From NCBI GenBank assembly GCA_963693365.1, contig CAVNZM010000010.1:4338159-4402158 (forward strand): 64,000 bases of DNA, written 5' to 3'. Origin of the DNA: Amoebidium appalachense. Lineage: Eukaryota > Protista > Ichthyosporea. The notes beneath the pieces were generated by a model. The model ran no database searches. It saw nothing but the letters and a program-made list of their open reading frames with translations, and was not told where the DNA came from. The position numbers and the translations under genes were made by a program. Below, piece after piece: positions 1-32,859 of the stretch. Each line of letters opens with the position of its first letter. The stretch's first letter is position 1.

Positions 1-82
1 GTGTGTGTGTGTGTAGGTGTGTGTGTGTGTGTGTGTGCTTGCATGTGTGCATGTGTGTGTGTACGTATGTGTGTGTGTAAGT

Positions 83-113
<31 letters not shown>

Positions 114-334
114 GGGGGGGGGGCATGCGCACACACACGTGTGCAAATCATGATACACATAGCCCTGGCTCTCGACATATAAACCACTGGCAACAGTATG
201 ATTTTACTACTTTCTACCTCTGTATGTACGCGTGTGCGTGTGCGTTTGCATGCCTCTCTGTGTGCAAGTACCTATGTGCGTGAATCTGTGTTTGTGTTCT
301 TGTGTGTGCGTGCTCAGATACACGCGCGCACACA

Positions 335-399
<65 letters not shown>

Positions 400-474
400 C
401 ACTAAAAATGACGTCTTCCACGAAGTTATTCTTTCTTTCTTTTTTTTCTTTTCCACTCCCATTTCTTTGCCCAC

Positions 475-17905
<17,431 letters not shown>

Positions 17906-18852
17906 AGAAATGGCTGCCCCTGTTGCCTGGGGGGGGCCTGAACCGTCTTGAATGAAAATCTACCAACCCAACCCGTCGCCACAGATGTGCTTCGTTTAGA
18001 ATTTGACTCGCACTGATGGCACTGAAAGCAATGTTGCTGCCAAGAAAAACCTATGAAGACGTGCGAGGCTCGACCATAGGCAAAGTGAAAAGCATCAGTT
18101 GTTCTGTAACGTTGATGTGTCAAGTACCCGTCTCCCATGTATGCACCTGGTATACAAACCAGTTCCTCCACTTCGAGGATTCACCTGCGAGGATTTACCT
18201 GCGTCCCTAATAGTATCACCGCCTACCTTTGTTGCCTCAACACAGACAACATTTCCAACAAAGACGATCATGAAACACCCAACCTTTGTCACCTGCTGAA
18301 GGAAAGCAGCATGATGCGGCCCCTGCTAGCATGAGCGGGTTCGTGGAATTCCGCCAGTTTTACCAACCCGCCAATGAAATCACAGGAACAGATTCCCCCT
18401 AGGCTTCTATGGCTCAAGCGATCTCGATATGGAAATCTGTAGATCAGCTTAAGGCATTGCACACACTGAGACATTCACATAGTCAAATATAGATTTACGT
18501 AGGCCTGATGCTGGCACATATTACCTGCTATTTTCCTATAGCTACATGACATTATATAACGTTGGTGATAGTAGAAGGAGCATGATATCAAGAAGAAGAT
18601 TGGAGTATTGACGTCACTGCCTTTCCCAAACCCCACAAACACCTTTCAAGGTTGCCCGGCCCCAAATTGCACATTCAATACACGCTCTACGTTTTATTGG
18701 CCAGGTTACCCAGCTACTATAGACGGTTTATAGTTTTTATTAGAAGCTTTTTAGAATAAGGATGAGTAAATAACAGTATTAGATGTCCAATCAGAGCATT
18801 AGTAACCCGGGCCATTTGTTTTACTAACAGAAGATTTATTTATTGTAAAATA

Positions 18853-19011
18853 AAGCTTGGCCGATTTTGCTCAGGACTAGGAGGACCTCATTGATCGTTC
18901 TCCCAGGCTTGCCTGGTGGGGGGTTTATAACACTCGTCGGTTATTCATGCCCAGCCGCAGTACACCTCAAAACTGACTCCTGAGGCTCCTGAGCCCAACA
19001 AAATCGAGCTT
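18853..19011. repeat. Degenerate inverted repeat, possible old MITE
   Basis: aagct..cgattttg..ctcagga..aggag (18853-18883) pairs imperfectly with ctcct..tcctgag..caaaatcgagctt (18977-19010). Confidence 0.35.
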
Positions 19012-19591
19012 CCGTATGCAGTAGCGTACAAATATACAATATATTTAATTATATATTTTTTAAGTTTTTTATGCTGCAAAAATACCCTGCTCTAAAGCCG
19101 TTTGGTATTCTGAGAGTTTTATACAGCAAAACAAAAATCAAAAACCGTCGTTTATACTAGAAATGAAGTGGGTATACGGGGTAGCCGGGTTCTGGGGCCG
19201 CTCCAAAAAAAACTGGAAAAAAAGGAAGGTGTTGGGGCCTTCCCCTGCATGAATGAAGAAGAAAACAAAGAAGTGTAGAAGGAACGACTATCTCCCCTTG
19301 TTTTTATTTTCTCAGTTCTAAGGGGTTTGCCTCGAATACAGCTCAGATGAGTCATGACTTGAACATGCACCTTGTCTCGGCCCCCATGAGCAGTCACAGT
19401 ATGATTCGATTGCGGTTACCTCCATGCATATGCTCATGATGGCCGCCCCCTCAGTAGGAACATGCTAGTGCCCTTTACTCCTGAATCGATAGGATGGGTG
19501 TATGCAGTTGCTCCTTATATTAAGTTATCATAATTAAAGCACCTAAAGCATCTTTCCTGACATCGCTGTTGGAAATTTCACCTCCCCTCTC

Positions 19592-19641
<50 letters not shown>

Positions 19642-20230
19642 AAAAAAAAAAAAAAAGATCCCCAACCCCCCACAACCCTACACCAGCACCCTCCTCAATG
19701 CTCCCCCCTCTCCCTCCCCTCCGCCCGTCTTCCCCCTTCCCGCCATATGCCCTGGGGAGTTGGTGAGGGGGAGGATTTGCAGCACAGGTGGGATCGATGA
19801 TGTTTTTATTTATACAAGCTATGTGGCTTCCACATCTGATCCCATTCACAAACATTGTGATGGCATGCATCAATGGTGTTGTCTTCACGTGCATCGATCC
19901 GTCTACTGGTCAAGTGGAAATTCGTGGGAATTTAGCTGCTTCTACAGAAGAGCACTGTAGAAGCAGCCACAGCATCAGCTTTTCAATAAGCTGATCATAA
20001 CATGCTAGCTGCTAATTTTGGTTGCTTGTACTGTAAGGATACATAGTAGAACAATAGACCGTCACTGTGATGCAGCACGTGAAGCCAGCACTCACATAAC
20101 ACCTTCATGTGTCCCACGGGTACTTCCAGCTCAGTTGCTGATTCCTCTTGAAGCACATGTTCCTGTAGGTGGTTGCCCGGGCGGACGGGCAGGGGGGGAG
20201 AGGCCAGCGTCCGGGGGAGGGGGGGGGGAG

Positions 20231-20330
20231 GGGTCCACTGCACTACACCCAGGGGGGGGGGGGGGTCCACTGCACTACACCTAGCAGATCGGGGGGGGGG
20301 GGGGGTCCACTGCACTACACCCAGCAGACC
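20231..20330. repeat. Three-copy minisatellite gggtccactgcactacacc separated by G runs
   Basis: Unit seen at ~20231, ~20263 and ~20303. Confidence 0.85.
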
Positions 20331-20374
20331 AGAGCAGGTCACCATCATCGACTTCCTTCCGTGCGCACATGCAT

Positions 20375-20408
<34 letters not shown>

Positions 20409-20522
20409 TTTCCCCCCCCCCCCCCCCCCCCCTTAAAAAGAAAAAAAAGGAAAAAAAGAAAAAAAAAGAAAAGAAGAGTTGTTGAAATGCAGCATGCAAA
20501 TGGTATGCGTACTGCCAACACC

Positions 20523-20563
<41 letters not shown>

Positions 20564-21142
20564 GGGGGGGCCCCCCCTCCCCGGAGTTGCCCCCTGCTAC
20601 TGAGGCTCGGCCTTGGAGCTTCTATTTAGTTCCTGATTGGGGATGAAACGGTCGATTAATTTTTTTAAGGAGAAGTCCAGACAAAGAGGATATGGCCACT
20701 GGCAAGAGCACGTGTGATTGACTAGCGTCAGACAAACGAACCTTCTTCTCCCCCAACCCTTCATCTTCTTTTCCCAAGATTTCAACCTCCCCCTTCCCTT
20801 CCCCGTCCTCCCCCCACCCCCCCCACCCCCCGGAGTTCCGATGATAGTCTTAAAACCTTTCGAATCTCCTTTACACTATGGTTCACCGGTGGGAAGAAGT
20901 GATGCTTATTGCCCTACCACTCCCTGTTGATCGAATTTTTGTCCACCTCTCCGTTTCCAGTTGACTCCTAAGCCCCTGGCAGCTCCATCGGTAGTTGCCC
21001 CCCTCCCCAGCCCCTCCCCCCCCCTTTCCTCCCCTCGATCCCCTTACTCTCTCCACACTTCTTGATGCCCCCTCTTCTCTCTCCGATTCTCTCTTCCCCC
21101 TCCCCCCTCCCCCCCCCCCCCCCCCCCAAAAAAAAAAACAGC

Positions 21143-21173
<31 letters not shown>

Positions 21174-21913
21174 ACACACCACCACCACCACCACTACCTA
21201 AGACCACCACCACCATTAGTGCTTAAATACAGCAACCAGGTCTGAGGAAAAAATGCACGCGGGGGGGAGGGGGGGAGGGGGGGGGAGGGGGGGGGGGGGT
21301 TGGGAAGGGGGCCGGGGGGGGGGGGGGGGGGGGGATCTTCACCACCCTGTGCTGATCTTTTGCGTTGTGTTCTGCTTCCCTGGGTTTACGTATCGTGGCA
21401 TGATGGCCATACAACTCATCGGAGATTGGACCCTTTGTCATGATAACTTGAAGGGAAAAAAAGACACACAGTTTATTTTCTTAAGCTTATTAAGACTGTA
21501 TCTTTTTTTATAACATGCCTTTTGTTTTCTTTTTTTTCCCTTTTTTTTTCTTTTTTTTTTTTCCCTCTCTTTTTGGGGCCCCCCTTTTGGTAGAAGATGT
21601 CCATGGGTATTTTACCGTTCTGAAGCTCTAAATCTTGTGATGTGAACTTCAAATGATAGCATGCATACAAGTAAAACACGATCACGTGTATCCTGTGTTT
21701 TCGTTTTTCTTGCTGAGCCGTGTCGAGCGACAAGCTGAAATCGGGTTGCAAAGACACAAAAACACAAAAACGAAGTTTTACGGACGAGCAATGAAAAGCA
21801 AGAACAGACTGCACTTTTAGAGCTTAACGTAAATCACAAACAGAGAACTGTTTCTGCACATCCACAGCATAGATGTATAACAAAGGACGCTCTAACTCAT
21901 TCTGTTTAGGGGG

Positions 21914-21946
<33 letters not shown>

Positions 21947-22931
21947 AAAGGAAGAAAAGCCTGAAAACATTTTCCTATTAAGCAAGGAGAACCCACGTGC
22001 ACGGACCATCGACACCTCGGTGGTTCAGGAGCTGCTCCAGACGCAGCTGTCCGACCGAGCCCAGAGGTTTGAGGCTGAGAGGCCCAAAGACTATCGGCAG
22101 CAGTGGAGGAGACACTGCCGCAGGATGCAGAGAGGCTGTTTCAGCTCTACGTGGACCAGGTGAGAGATCAAATTTGCCCTCCCCCCCCCCCCCCCCCCCC
22201 CCCCCCTCCCCCCCCCACCCCCCTCCTACACATCCCCCTCCCCTTCCCCTTCCCAATCCCACCTACCCACCCACCCACCCCAGGCTGGAGGCTCTTTTAA
22301 CCCGTTTCCCCCTTCTTGAAATCTGTTTCAGTTCAGCGAATCGATTTTCCCTTTTCATCCATCCATCGGTACACAAGCTGCAACCCTTGAAAGATCTACA
22401 CCCCCCCCCCCCCCCCCCCCCCGCCCCGCCCCCTTGAACTTCCCCTCCTCCCCGTCCGTTCCCCTCCCTCTCCAACATCCACACACAAGGACACACAACC
22501 CGCCCGCCTACCCAGCCATCACCCACACCATCGTCTCTCTATTTTATCGTTGATTGAATCAGATTTATTGCAAATGCATGCTGTTTCTACGACCAAAACT
22601 ACCTGAATTAAGACCGCCCCCTCACCCCCTCTCCCCCCCCTCCCCCCCCCCCCCCCCCCCCCCCCGCCCCATCCCAATCCACCCCATTCTCCTCGGCCTA
22701 AAAAGTATTTGCTCATGGTTTACCGTCACTGGCCGATGCTAAATCAACCGTAACGTGTACCTCAACCGCCTTTATTTTTCAACACTGTTGAAAGGCTTAA
22801 TACCGAACTGGTTGGTGGTTGTGTATGTCGATTTTTTTATTTTTTATTTTTATCTTTATTTTTTTTCCCCCCTATTTTTTTTTGGGTGGTGGTGGTGGTG
22901 GTGGTGGGTGGGTGGGTGGGTGGGGATGGGG

Positions 22932-22963
<32 letters not shown>

Positions 22964-23281
22964 GCTTAATGAACTGAACTATCTTAATAATGTTTGAAAG
23001 CCGGAATGGTCCAACTTACACATATGCTTTGGCTATCTAGCCCGCCTTCTTTAAAAAAAACAAAAAAACAAAAAAAAAAAAACGTTTTCTAGATCGATGT
23101 CTAATCTCTTTTGTGTACCAACCTAGGGGCCAACGGCATTACCACGTCAGACTATTGAAAGACACCTCGAATATGCCCAGACAGAAAACACCAGTTGGCT
23201 GATCGCAGAGGGGTCGGCCTTGTATACGGCATTGTTGGATACCAGGGTGAAGGTGTGTGATCCACTTTAACCCCCTCCCCC

Positions 23282-23312
<31 letters not shown>

Positions 23313-25270
23313 AAAAAAAAAATACATAAATAAATAAAATTAAAATAAATAAAATAAAATAAATTGATAGAGAAATAAATAAATAAATAAAATAAAATAA
23401 AAAATGTTCGGGGGAAAAAATACTTCATCCGAACTTTTTGTTCTTTCCTACTTGGGAAAACACATTCCTTCTTAGCTTCAAAAGGGTTTGATACCGTTGA
23501 ATGCCCCCCCCCCCCCCCCCCCCCTCCCGGGCCCCCCCACCCCCCCACCGATCCATCCCCCTGTCAATTTGGAACACACACACACACAACTCCCCCCGTC
23601 ACACACATACATCGAGATTAACCAAATTAAAGGAAGCAGGAGTGAAAATATCAGAGAAGACATAAGCGCTCTTCTCTTTTCTCCTGCAAAAAGCCTAATT
23701 CACAAGAACTGGGATTGATTAATTAGTGTTAATCGTGTCCCAAATTCTTAACCCCATTATGTGAAATTTCAGGCAAATCGGGCATGATCAATGAGATTAC
23801 AATGTCTCCCGACTTGATCCGGGAGATGGGCCTTCCAAGCAGCTGCCACGAGGAATTTCCCCTTCGGTCCCGTGGGGGGATGGATCCCGGCACCGCTTTT
23901 CCAACCATCTTTCACCTACTGCCCCGGCCTAAAGGTTCCCTGGCCCCTGTAGGTACTACACGATTCGGTGAAGCTATCTCAGCGACTATCTCGTTGTGTC
24001 TGTGGCAGTTGTACTATGTATCCACTCTTAGCCCTGTCTGATGCCCCGATCGAAATAAAATCCACTATGAAAAAAAAAATACATGTACGTTCTTTCTACG
24101 GTTCTTGAAAAAAAAAAAATGATCTTCCTTTAACGATTATCGAACCCCACTTTTTGCATTCTTTGGAGTAATTTCAATTCAAGCCGAGCCTCTAACAAAA
24201 ATAAGCATAAACCCTCTGTTAATGGACGGGATGGGAAAAGAAGTGTTGAAACGTGAGGGGCGGGGAAAGAGGGGGGGAGGGGGGGGGGGGGGTGTCTTTT
24301 TTACACAGTATTCCCCCCCCCCTCCTCCCCCCCCTCTCCCCCCTCCCAATCCCCCTAAAACCCCACCCCTCTATCACTCATATCTCTTACATGCCCCCCC
24401 CCCCCCCCCCCCCACCCCCACCACCACCACCACCACCACCCCCCCCCCCCCCCCCCCCCCCCCCTTTTCCCCCACCCTTCCCTCCCCACCCCCACCCCCT
24501 CCCAAACAAAAAAAAAAACGTAGAAACACAAAAAAAACACAGGGGTTGCCCACATCAAGGTTACCGGCTACTGCACACCTACGGGCTCCGCTACCTTCCC
24601 TCCAGACACAATGACAATAGAAGTTGACTCCGACCTTCCCGACCGTTTGGCTGAGATTGGAGAAGATAACCCAGAATCAATCAAGTCGGTCGAGGTGATT
24701 GGAAGGTAGACCTACTCCCCCCCCCCCCCTCCCCCCCCCCCCCACCTTTCCCCCATTCCCCTCATACCGCCCCCCCTCCCCCCCCTCTCTCTCCCCTATT
24801 CCTCTCTCCCCACCCCCCGTTTTCACCCATCAATTCTATTCCCCCCCCCCCCCCCCCCCCTGGTTCCTTTGAGTCATTCCGCCACCCCCACCCCCTCCCC
24901 CTTCCCTCTTCCATTCCCCCCTGCCCCCCACACATTTCGGCCAACGCAGGAAGCATGTGGGCTTTCGTTTTTAACCACCTAGACCTAGACAGCCATCCTA
25001 ATATGCGGTACACCATTACGCACACACATGTCTCCCACACACAATTATACACGTGCACGGGCACACACACACACACACACACTAATACACACACACGCAC
25101 ACACACACACAGGCATACACACAGACATACACATACACATACACACAGGAATGCACAGAGACACACACACACAACACACTAGCACACAACACAACACACA
25201 CACAAATGCTCGTGCACAGGCACGTGGGCGCACACACACACACCCTGCATGTGCGCACCCCCCAGCCCAC

Positions 25271-25406
25271 GCACGCCCGCCCGCCCGCCCGCCCGCCCGC
25301 CCGCCCGCCCGCCCGCCCGCCCGCCCGCCCGCCCGCCCGCCCGCCCGCCCGCCCGCCCGCCCGCCCGCCCGCCCGCCCGCCCGCCCGCCCGCCCGCCCGC
25401 CCGCCC
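25271..25406. repeat. (CCCG)n tetranucleotide microsatellite in an intron, ~40 bp before an acceptor
   Basis: Read directly from the sequence. Confidence 0.95.
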
Positions 25407-26106
25407 ACAACAACAACAAGGACAACACCCACAATACAACGTACACAGGTGGGCGAAAGAAGACGCTAAGCCAAAGATTTTTATTGACATACCGGGGTTC
25501 ACCAATGACCCCAGCCACAACAATTTCGTCTCTCGTGGCACACATGCCGCAGTCAGCCAATTAGACGTCGTTTTGTTGCTTGCACCACGTGGTGCCGACC
25601 CAATCATCTGGCGGTGTTTGCTGGAGGCCGGTGCATTTGTCGGCAAGGAGGGGCAGCTATTGGTGCAAATTATGAAGGGCGGCAGGCATGCGGAGGTGAG
25701 ATATTCCTATTATTCCTACTTTTTATTTATTGTTATTGTGTCCTCTTTGAGGAGGCGTCCATTCAACAAGGGTTATCAATGCATGTATGGTAAATGTGTA
25801 TTTTGCAATTAGGCATTGTTGCACGGGGTTACTATAGATGCACGGTGTAGGGCTACTATTTTGTATGGGTATGCCTGTTCGACTATAGATCATGGCTTGG
25901 GGCCCAGTTTTATGATATATCGGAAAGATTTACTAAAGGACTTGCATCGGTGTAGGGTTGTGGCGAGAATAATGATAAGGATCTGTTTGTGCACAAGTTC
26001 AACCCTTGGAAGCGACACACACTCCCTAATTAAGTGTCTCACAGTTGTAACCAACCCCACTCCTCCCTCTCCCCACCTCCCCCCTCCCCCCCCCCCCCCC
26101 CCTCCC

Positions 26107-26137
<31 letters not shown>

Positions 26138-27852
26138 ACCCATCCCACCTCTCCACGCACCCACACACATACACACACACCATCACACCCCCACGAAAAC
26201 AATTTTGCAACACTCTGGCTTATCATTGGCCCTCAGAAATTAAATACTATTATATCTCCCCCCTCCCCCCCCCACTTCCTCTTTTCTCTGCAGGAAATCA
26301 TTACGTCATGGCGCAAATCTATCCCACAATATCCGAGACTACACACTCAGCCCTGGCCAAAGGCGGAGCGGGGGGCTTAACTCGTGGCACTACATCAACC
26401 TACTGTGGTCTATCTCTGAAAACTCTCTTCTTTTTCCACGTGAAATTTTCGACCCGAAATTTCTGGAGTCTGAGGAGACCATTCAAAAGCACGTTGCCAT
26501 TGTTTTTGAGACCATCGAGACCCATTGGGGGGTTCCAAAGGAGGCGGATGTGGGGGCTCAAATGCGCACCTTTGTGGAGATGGTGAATGTTCGGGCCATG
26601 GCCGTGAGCAAAAGAACGGCAGGTCAAGTTCCCAAGAAATCTCATGCGAATATAAAGCCAACGTTGGTGTGTTTTTATACCCCCCCCCCCCCCCCCCCCC
26701 CCCTCCCACCCAAAAAAAATAAAAAAAATAAAACATAAAAAAATAAAAAAAATAAAAACCACGGCCTCATCCTCCTCCCCTCTCCCCCCGCCCTCCTCCC
26801 TCCCCCCCCCCCCCCCTCCTTGCTCCCCCTCTAAGTGCTATCCACTCTACGGTATACACATCACCCACTAATCCCTCATTTTCCCTTCCCCTTCATCCCC
26901 GTCCCCATATCCCACCCTCTGCCGCTTTTGTCCTTCCACCCCCCCCCCCCCCCCCCACCCCCGCCCCTCTTGCCACCCCACTCCCCCCTCCTCGGACCAT
27001 TTGCCCCAAATCTGGATACAGCATCCTTCCTGGTGTTTTCCCTTAGCTGAAAAACACGTAACTGCTAAGTCTTGTGGACTTAGTTTTGACCCAACCTCAA
27101 CAGCCTCTTCCCCCCCCCCATTTCCCCACCCCCCTCCCCCACCCCACCACACCCACCTTCCCCCCTCCCCTAACCTAACCCAAACTTACCCCCCCTCCCC
27201 CCTCCCGCACTACGGTACCCTCTTTTCCCCCTCCCCACCTCCCCCCCCCCCCCCACCCCCCCGTCTGCCCCCCCTTCGACTTCTTTCATTCTCCTACGAC
27301 CCTTCACTCTCCATTCACCCACCCACCTCTTAGTAGACAAGCTAAAAATTTAATATAAAAGAGGATGACTCTACTTGAAAATATCTTGAATTGCAGCCGC
27401 TCTACCCCTCCCCTCCCTCCCTCCCCCCTCTTCCCCCCTCCACCCTGCCGGATTCCAAAAATGTCCTCCCAACACACACACATGCATCATTCAGTCGGAA
27501 CCATCCAATCTCTCGCCCCCCTTCTGCTTCCCCCCTCCCCCCCCATCCCCCCCCACTCCCCCAAACACCCCCTCCCCCCGCCCCGCAAATAAAAAAAAAA
27601 GAAAAAAGAAAAAAAAAGAAACCCGAAGACATTGATCTTTCCTCGGTCGAGGGTAATACACAATGACATCCTTCTCTTGCTCGTGACATACATTCATACG
27701 ACTCCATTCCCTTCCCCCTCCCTGCTTTCCTAAATCGAATAGACCCACTTAGCCCCGCCTACTATCACTCACTCACACGCACGCCTGCCCACCCATTCCC
27801 AACCTATTCTCTTACCCGATGCACAAGAACACACCACACACACACACAAACA

Positions 27853-27906
<54 letters not shown>

Positions 27907-27994
27907 AACACACACACACACACACACACACATATTTCCCTTCCCCAATGCACAAGAACACACCACACACATACATGCACACACACGTGAAAAT

Positions 27995-28087
<93 letters not shown>

Positions 28088-28213
28088 CACGCACGCACGC
28101 ACGCACGCATGCACACACACACACAAACACATACACGCTAGCAATCACACCTTCCCATCCCCCGTACCCCTCCCTCTCCCCCCCCGCCCCCTCCCCCCCC
28201 CCCCCGTCCTCCC

Positions 28214-28244
<31 letters not shown>

Positions 28245-30608
28245 ACACACTCACCGTGGAACACACAAACACACAGACCCCTTCTCCAAACTTCACGCAG
28301 CTTTGGCCTCTTCCCTCTCCGACGCCCGAGACGACTGGGTGGCTGTTATGAGCCACAGCGACGTCATCCCAATTCTCCAAAAAAAAGAAATCGCTTCCTC
28401 TGATTGGAGCAGAATCACGGGTCACCTGCAGCAATTGGTGCGCGAAGCGGATGAGGTCACGTGCACCTACATGACGGACTGGAGGGAGGAATGTGCAAAG
28501 ACGGCAGCTGGTTGGTTGAGGGGATTTCCCGATATGGGCAGAGACTATGGTATGTGCTCAGTTGGCGTGCATATATCTCGAAACTAATATATTAACAGTA
28601 TTTACATCATGGATTATGTATCAGATATAACGGGAAAGGTTTTGACACCACCGGTATTATGTGTGCTATTCTATGCCGGTCACTGAGCTAATCTAAGATG
28701 AATACATAATGGGTCCCCGGCAACACTAACATTATGGTGTCTTTAATATCTCTTTCTTTTTTGGTTATCTAAATTTTAATTCTAGTTTTTTTTTTTTTTT
28801 TTTGGGGGGGGGGGGGGGGGGGAGGAGGGGTTTGGCGCCGGGGGGGGGGGGGGGGGGGGGGGGGGAGGAGGGGCAAAGGAGGGGTGTGTGGGGCGGGGGG
28901 GGAACACTATGATGTCACCAAATCAAGGACATTGAGCTCTATCTAGCCCCTTCCTGTCGCGTATACCTTAATTGCGAACACTTACACTGTTTATCTCTTT
29001 TACAGATCAGAGGTATGTTACAGCGCCACACAACACACGTCCCAGACCTCTACCAAGTTGCAACCAACGTGAGACAAACAGTCTGGGATTTCCTTTCGTC
29101 CCAACAACTCGACCCCGCCACGGCGGAACAAATACTCAACGACAGAGCCTGCAGAAGGGTGACTCGTGGGTCTATCTCCATGTTATCTGCGCAAGTTGTT
29201 ATATCCGTGCTCGAAAATGCCGTGGATAAACTCTTTTGGGATAGTTGTCGTGAGGTGGTGGTGAACGGTGCAAAAGAGGTGGAGAATGAATTGAGAGCAC
29301 TTGTGAAAGCGGAGGAAGGAGAGGGGAAGGAGGGGCAGGAAAACACGAATGGATGGGTGATGGTGGTGGAGTCGTGCAAAGAGATGAAAGAGGATCTGGC
29401 CCGCATTTTCCCACCGGTATGCCCCCTCCTCCCCCCTCCCCCCTCCTACACACGCACACACACACACATACACAGAAAAAAATAGAAGAAAAAAAAGAGT
29501 GAGAGAGAGAAAGGAAAGAAACAAGAAAAACAAAAGGAAGTGAGGGAGAGAGAATGTCTTTTCTTGCCCATCCTGTCTCTCCCAAACCTTCATCACCACT
29601 CTCCCTTCAAAATTCCCTCACAACCCCTTGCCTCACCGTCAACCCCCCCCCCCCCCCCCCCCCCCCATCCGCCGCCGCCTCCCCACCCTTGCCCCCCCCC
29701 CCCGCCCCCCCCCCCTCCCCTTTCTCCCGCCCCTCCCCCTTATCCCGCTACCGTACCCACGGGCCACCTAAGGGGGAAATAACAGCAAATATTTACGTCT
29801 TCATTTGTAAATGTCAGCGCCCCTTCCTTCCCCCCCCCCCTCCCCTCCCCCCCCCCCCCCCCTCCCCCCCCCCCCCCCCCCCCCCCGCCTTCTTTCTGCA
29901 ACGCTCTGTCTCTCTGTTGGCTCATTCCCAGCCTCCCCAACCTGACCATGAATTATCCCCAAAACTGAATACCGCTAGTCATTGCTTTACCGTCTTAGTT
30001 GGTCCCCCCCCCCCCCCCATCCCCCTGCCCCCCCCCCCCCCCCCCCCCCCGCCTGCCCCCTGTCCCAACATACACACGTCTCCCCCCCCCCCCCCCCCCC
30101 CCCCCCCCCAGCCGCCCGCACACACACACACACAAACACACAAAATAAGTGAATAAACAAATCAAAAAATATGGAAAACCCCAAAAAAGAAAAGAACACA
30201 AATCTAAGACTCTCAGCCAGTCATAGGAAAGAAATGTAGACACGCATCCAAGCCCAACCCTCCGAGCACCACTATACACTTCTGCCAGCATTTTATAATG
30301 TCTAAAGTATTCCTATAATGTTACTTGATGGATGTTGCATAATTCCTTCCTTTCATTTACTCTATTCCCCACCCAGATCCTGAGAAAGTGGAAAACGGAG
30401 AAGTATATCGACAAACCGGCCCGTGCAACAAGCAAGCCCCTCACATTGTTGAAAAAGGTGGGCTACTCCCTCCCCCCCCCCCCCCCCCCGCCTCTTCCCG
30501 CCGAAAAATAAACTAAAATAAAAATTAAAATTGAAATAAAAACTAAACCATATTAAAGCATAATAATAATTAATAAAAAATAGATGTGAAAAATAGCCTG
30601 CAAGCGTG

Positions 30609-30700
<92 letters not shown>

Positions 30701-30891
30701 TCGAAAAAACTCCTAGACAGAATGAATCTTAGTGTACAGCCCCTTTCCCCCCCGCCACCCCCACACCGGAAGAAATAAAATAAAACAAAACAAACTCTAT
30801 AAATGATAAATCATTTAGTATAACCGCAAATAAACAATAAAAATAACAACTTTGACTCACGCGAACACACACACACATGAACACGCACACG

Positions 30892-30994
<103 letters not shown>

Positions 30995-31481
30995 ATCTGG
31001 AATCACTATCGGTGAAGGTACGCCTTCTCCTCCAATCACCCAGCCCGCCTGCTGATCCCATAATTTCCACCCCTACACCCATGGATACTTCTCTCCCTGG
31101 TCATCTAAAATCCGAGCCGGATCTACCCACAAACGCTGACCTTGAACAAACCATGAACACGGAATCAGCCGAACATCCGCAAATTCGGCTCCAAGGGGGT
31201 CCAATCGGCTACGAGGTGATCATTTCGGAGGGTTTGGAGGAGGAATTACGGCAAATGGCAAATGATTTTGTTGACGGCCCGATTCAGAATGGACCACTTT
31301 ACCGACCCGGCCCGATATTCCTGCCCTGCCCGTTCACCAGTGCCGATGAGTGGGAGCAGTATGGCCCACGGTTCCTCATTTTGAATTCACGTCATCCCAC
31401 AGGCGCCCTGCATTCCGGTATTGTTTTCGTCATGGTCACAGAGGAGTCGGTACGTACCCTGCATATCGTTTTTTTTTTTTT

Positions 31482-31531
<50 letters not shown>

Positions 31532-32803
31532 GGGAGGGAAGAAAAAGAAAAGATAAAAAGAGCCTTCCCTAACTATCCAGCCTTGTCGACGACACTCTTC
31601 CTGCTCCTCCAACCTACATTTCCAAGGGGCTACCACCCACATTACATATTCTGTGCTCATATCGGGGCCCTAATATGAGCAATTATTAGCCACCCCTATC
31701 GTGCACACCGTCTAGCGGGGGCACCTTTCTTAGGCACCTTCCTCTCCCTTTGTGGGAGAGAGCGAGAATAATGGGGCAAGGAGGAGGGGGAGGGGCGGGG
31801 GGAGGGGGGGGGGGGGGGGGGGAGGGGGGGAGGAAGTGGTGTTGCCGCCCTGGAAGAGAGGGGGGGAGAGAGGGGGGGGGGGGGGAGAGGGGGGAGGGGG
31901 GGAAAGGATCTATGTTAATCAAACCTAATATGGGAAAAGCGAGGAAAGGCGGGGGGGTGGGAAGGGAGGGGATCAAGGGTATATTCTGATTTTTCACACT
32001 GCCAACCAGATATCAATACTTCCAAAACATTACGGAGGACTTGGCGGGACGGGCCCGTGTGATCCCTGTGGTTGGCCCGAAACTCGACCGATTCGAGCCT
32101 CCACGGCCGTGTGCCGTCATCTCGGGTATCCCTTTTTCTGGGAGATCAGAGTGGACTGTGATTGGGTGACACTTCTGGAGAGGCACTATGCCTACGCTGG
32201 AGTTGCCACGATGGTGCGTGTGTGCATGTGGATGGGTGGGTGGGTTGGGGGGGGGGGGGGGGGGGGGGGAGATTGGGAGGGAGGGGGGGGAGGGGGGAGG
32301 GGAAGGGGCGGGGGGGGCTAGGGGATGGTGAACTTCAAGTGAGCGCACATGTTTTTCGGTGTTCTTTTTTTTTTGCGCGTGTGTGAGCCGGCACACATTT
32401 GTCTCTGTGTGTGTGTGTGTGCCTGTGTGTGTGGATGTGTGTGTGTATGTTGTGGTATCTGTGTGTGCAAGTGTTCTTGTGTGTTTGTTTTCGTAAGTCA
32501 TGTGTATGTGCATGCGTGTACGTGGTTGGGTAGGTGGGTAGAGCGGTCTGCGTACCTAACACACCTACACCCACGTACATGTTCATTTTAACTGATTCCA
32601 TACACCGCGTCCCATCTATGCATTTTCCTATTCGCTTGTAGATCTAGTACTAACCCCCGCCCCCCCCCCACCCCCCCCCTCCTCCACCTCCCTCACCTAA
32701 CATACACACACACACGCACACACGCACCACACACGCACGCACGCACACATGCACACACGCACACACGCGCACACGCACACACACACACACGCACACACGC
32801 GCG

Positions 32804-32859
<56 letters not shown>

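Noticed and set aside
17930-18740. Short ORFs on both strands (GLYTRCIHGRRVL resembling a KDZ transposase motif; FYWPG resembling an integrase motif)
   Set aside because: Isolated short matches with many stops and no supporting motifs. The region lies just upstream of the PMCA start exon.
19350-19400. Candidate PMCA first exon (VTAHGGRDK|GT)
   Set aside because: In-frame stop upstream with no acceptor or ATG. The exon at 17905-17840 fits PMCA much better.
19760-20170. Possible decayed coding or TE fragment (TTPLMHA ankyrin-like)
   Set aside because: No frame stays open and no family signature is supportable.
20231-20330. Three direct repeats with spacers, superficially CRISPR-like
   Set aside because: Spacers are G homopolymers, the context is eukaryotic and there are no cas genes; it is a minisatellite.
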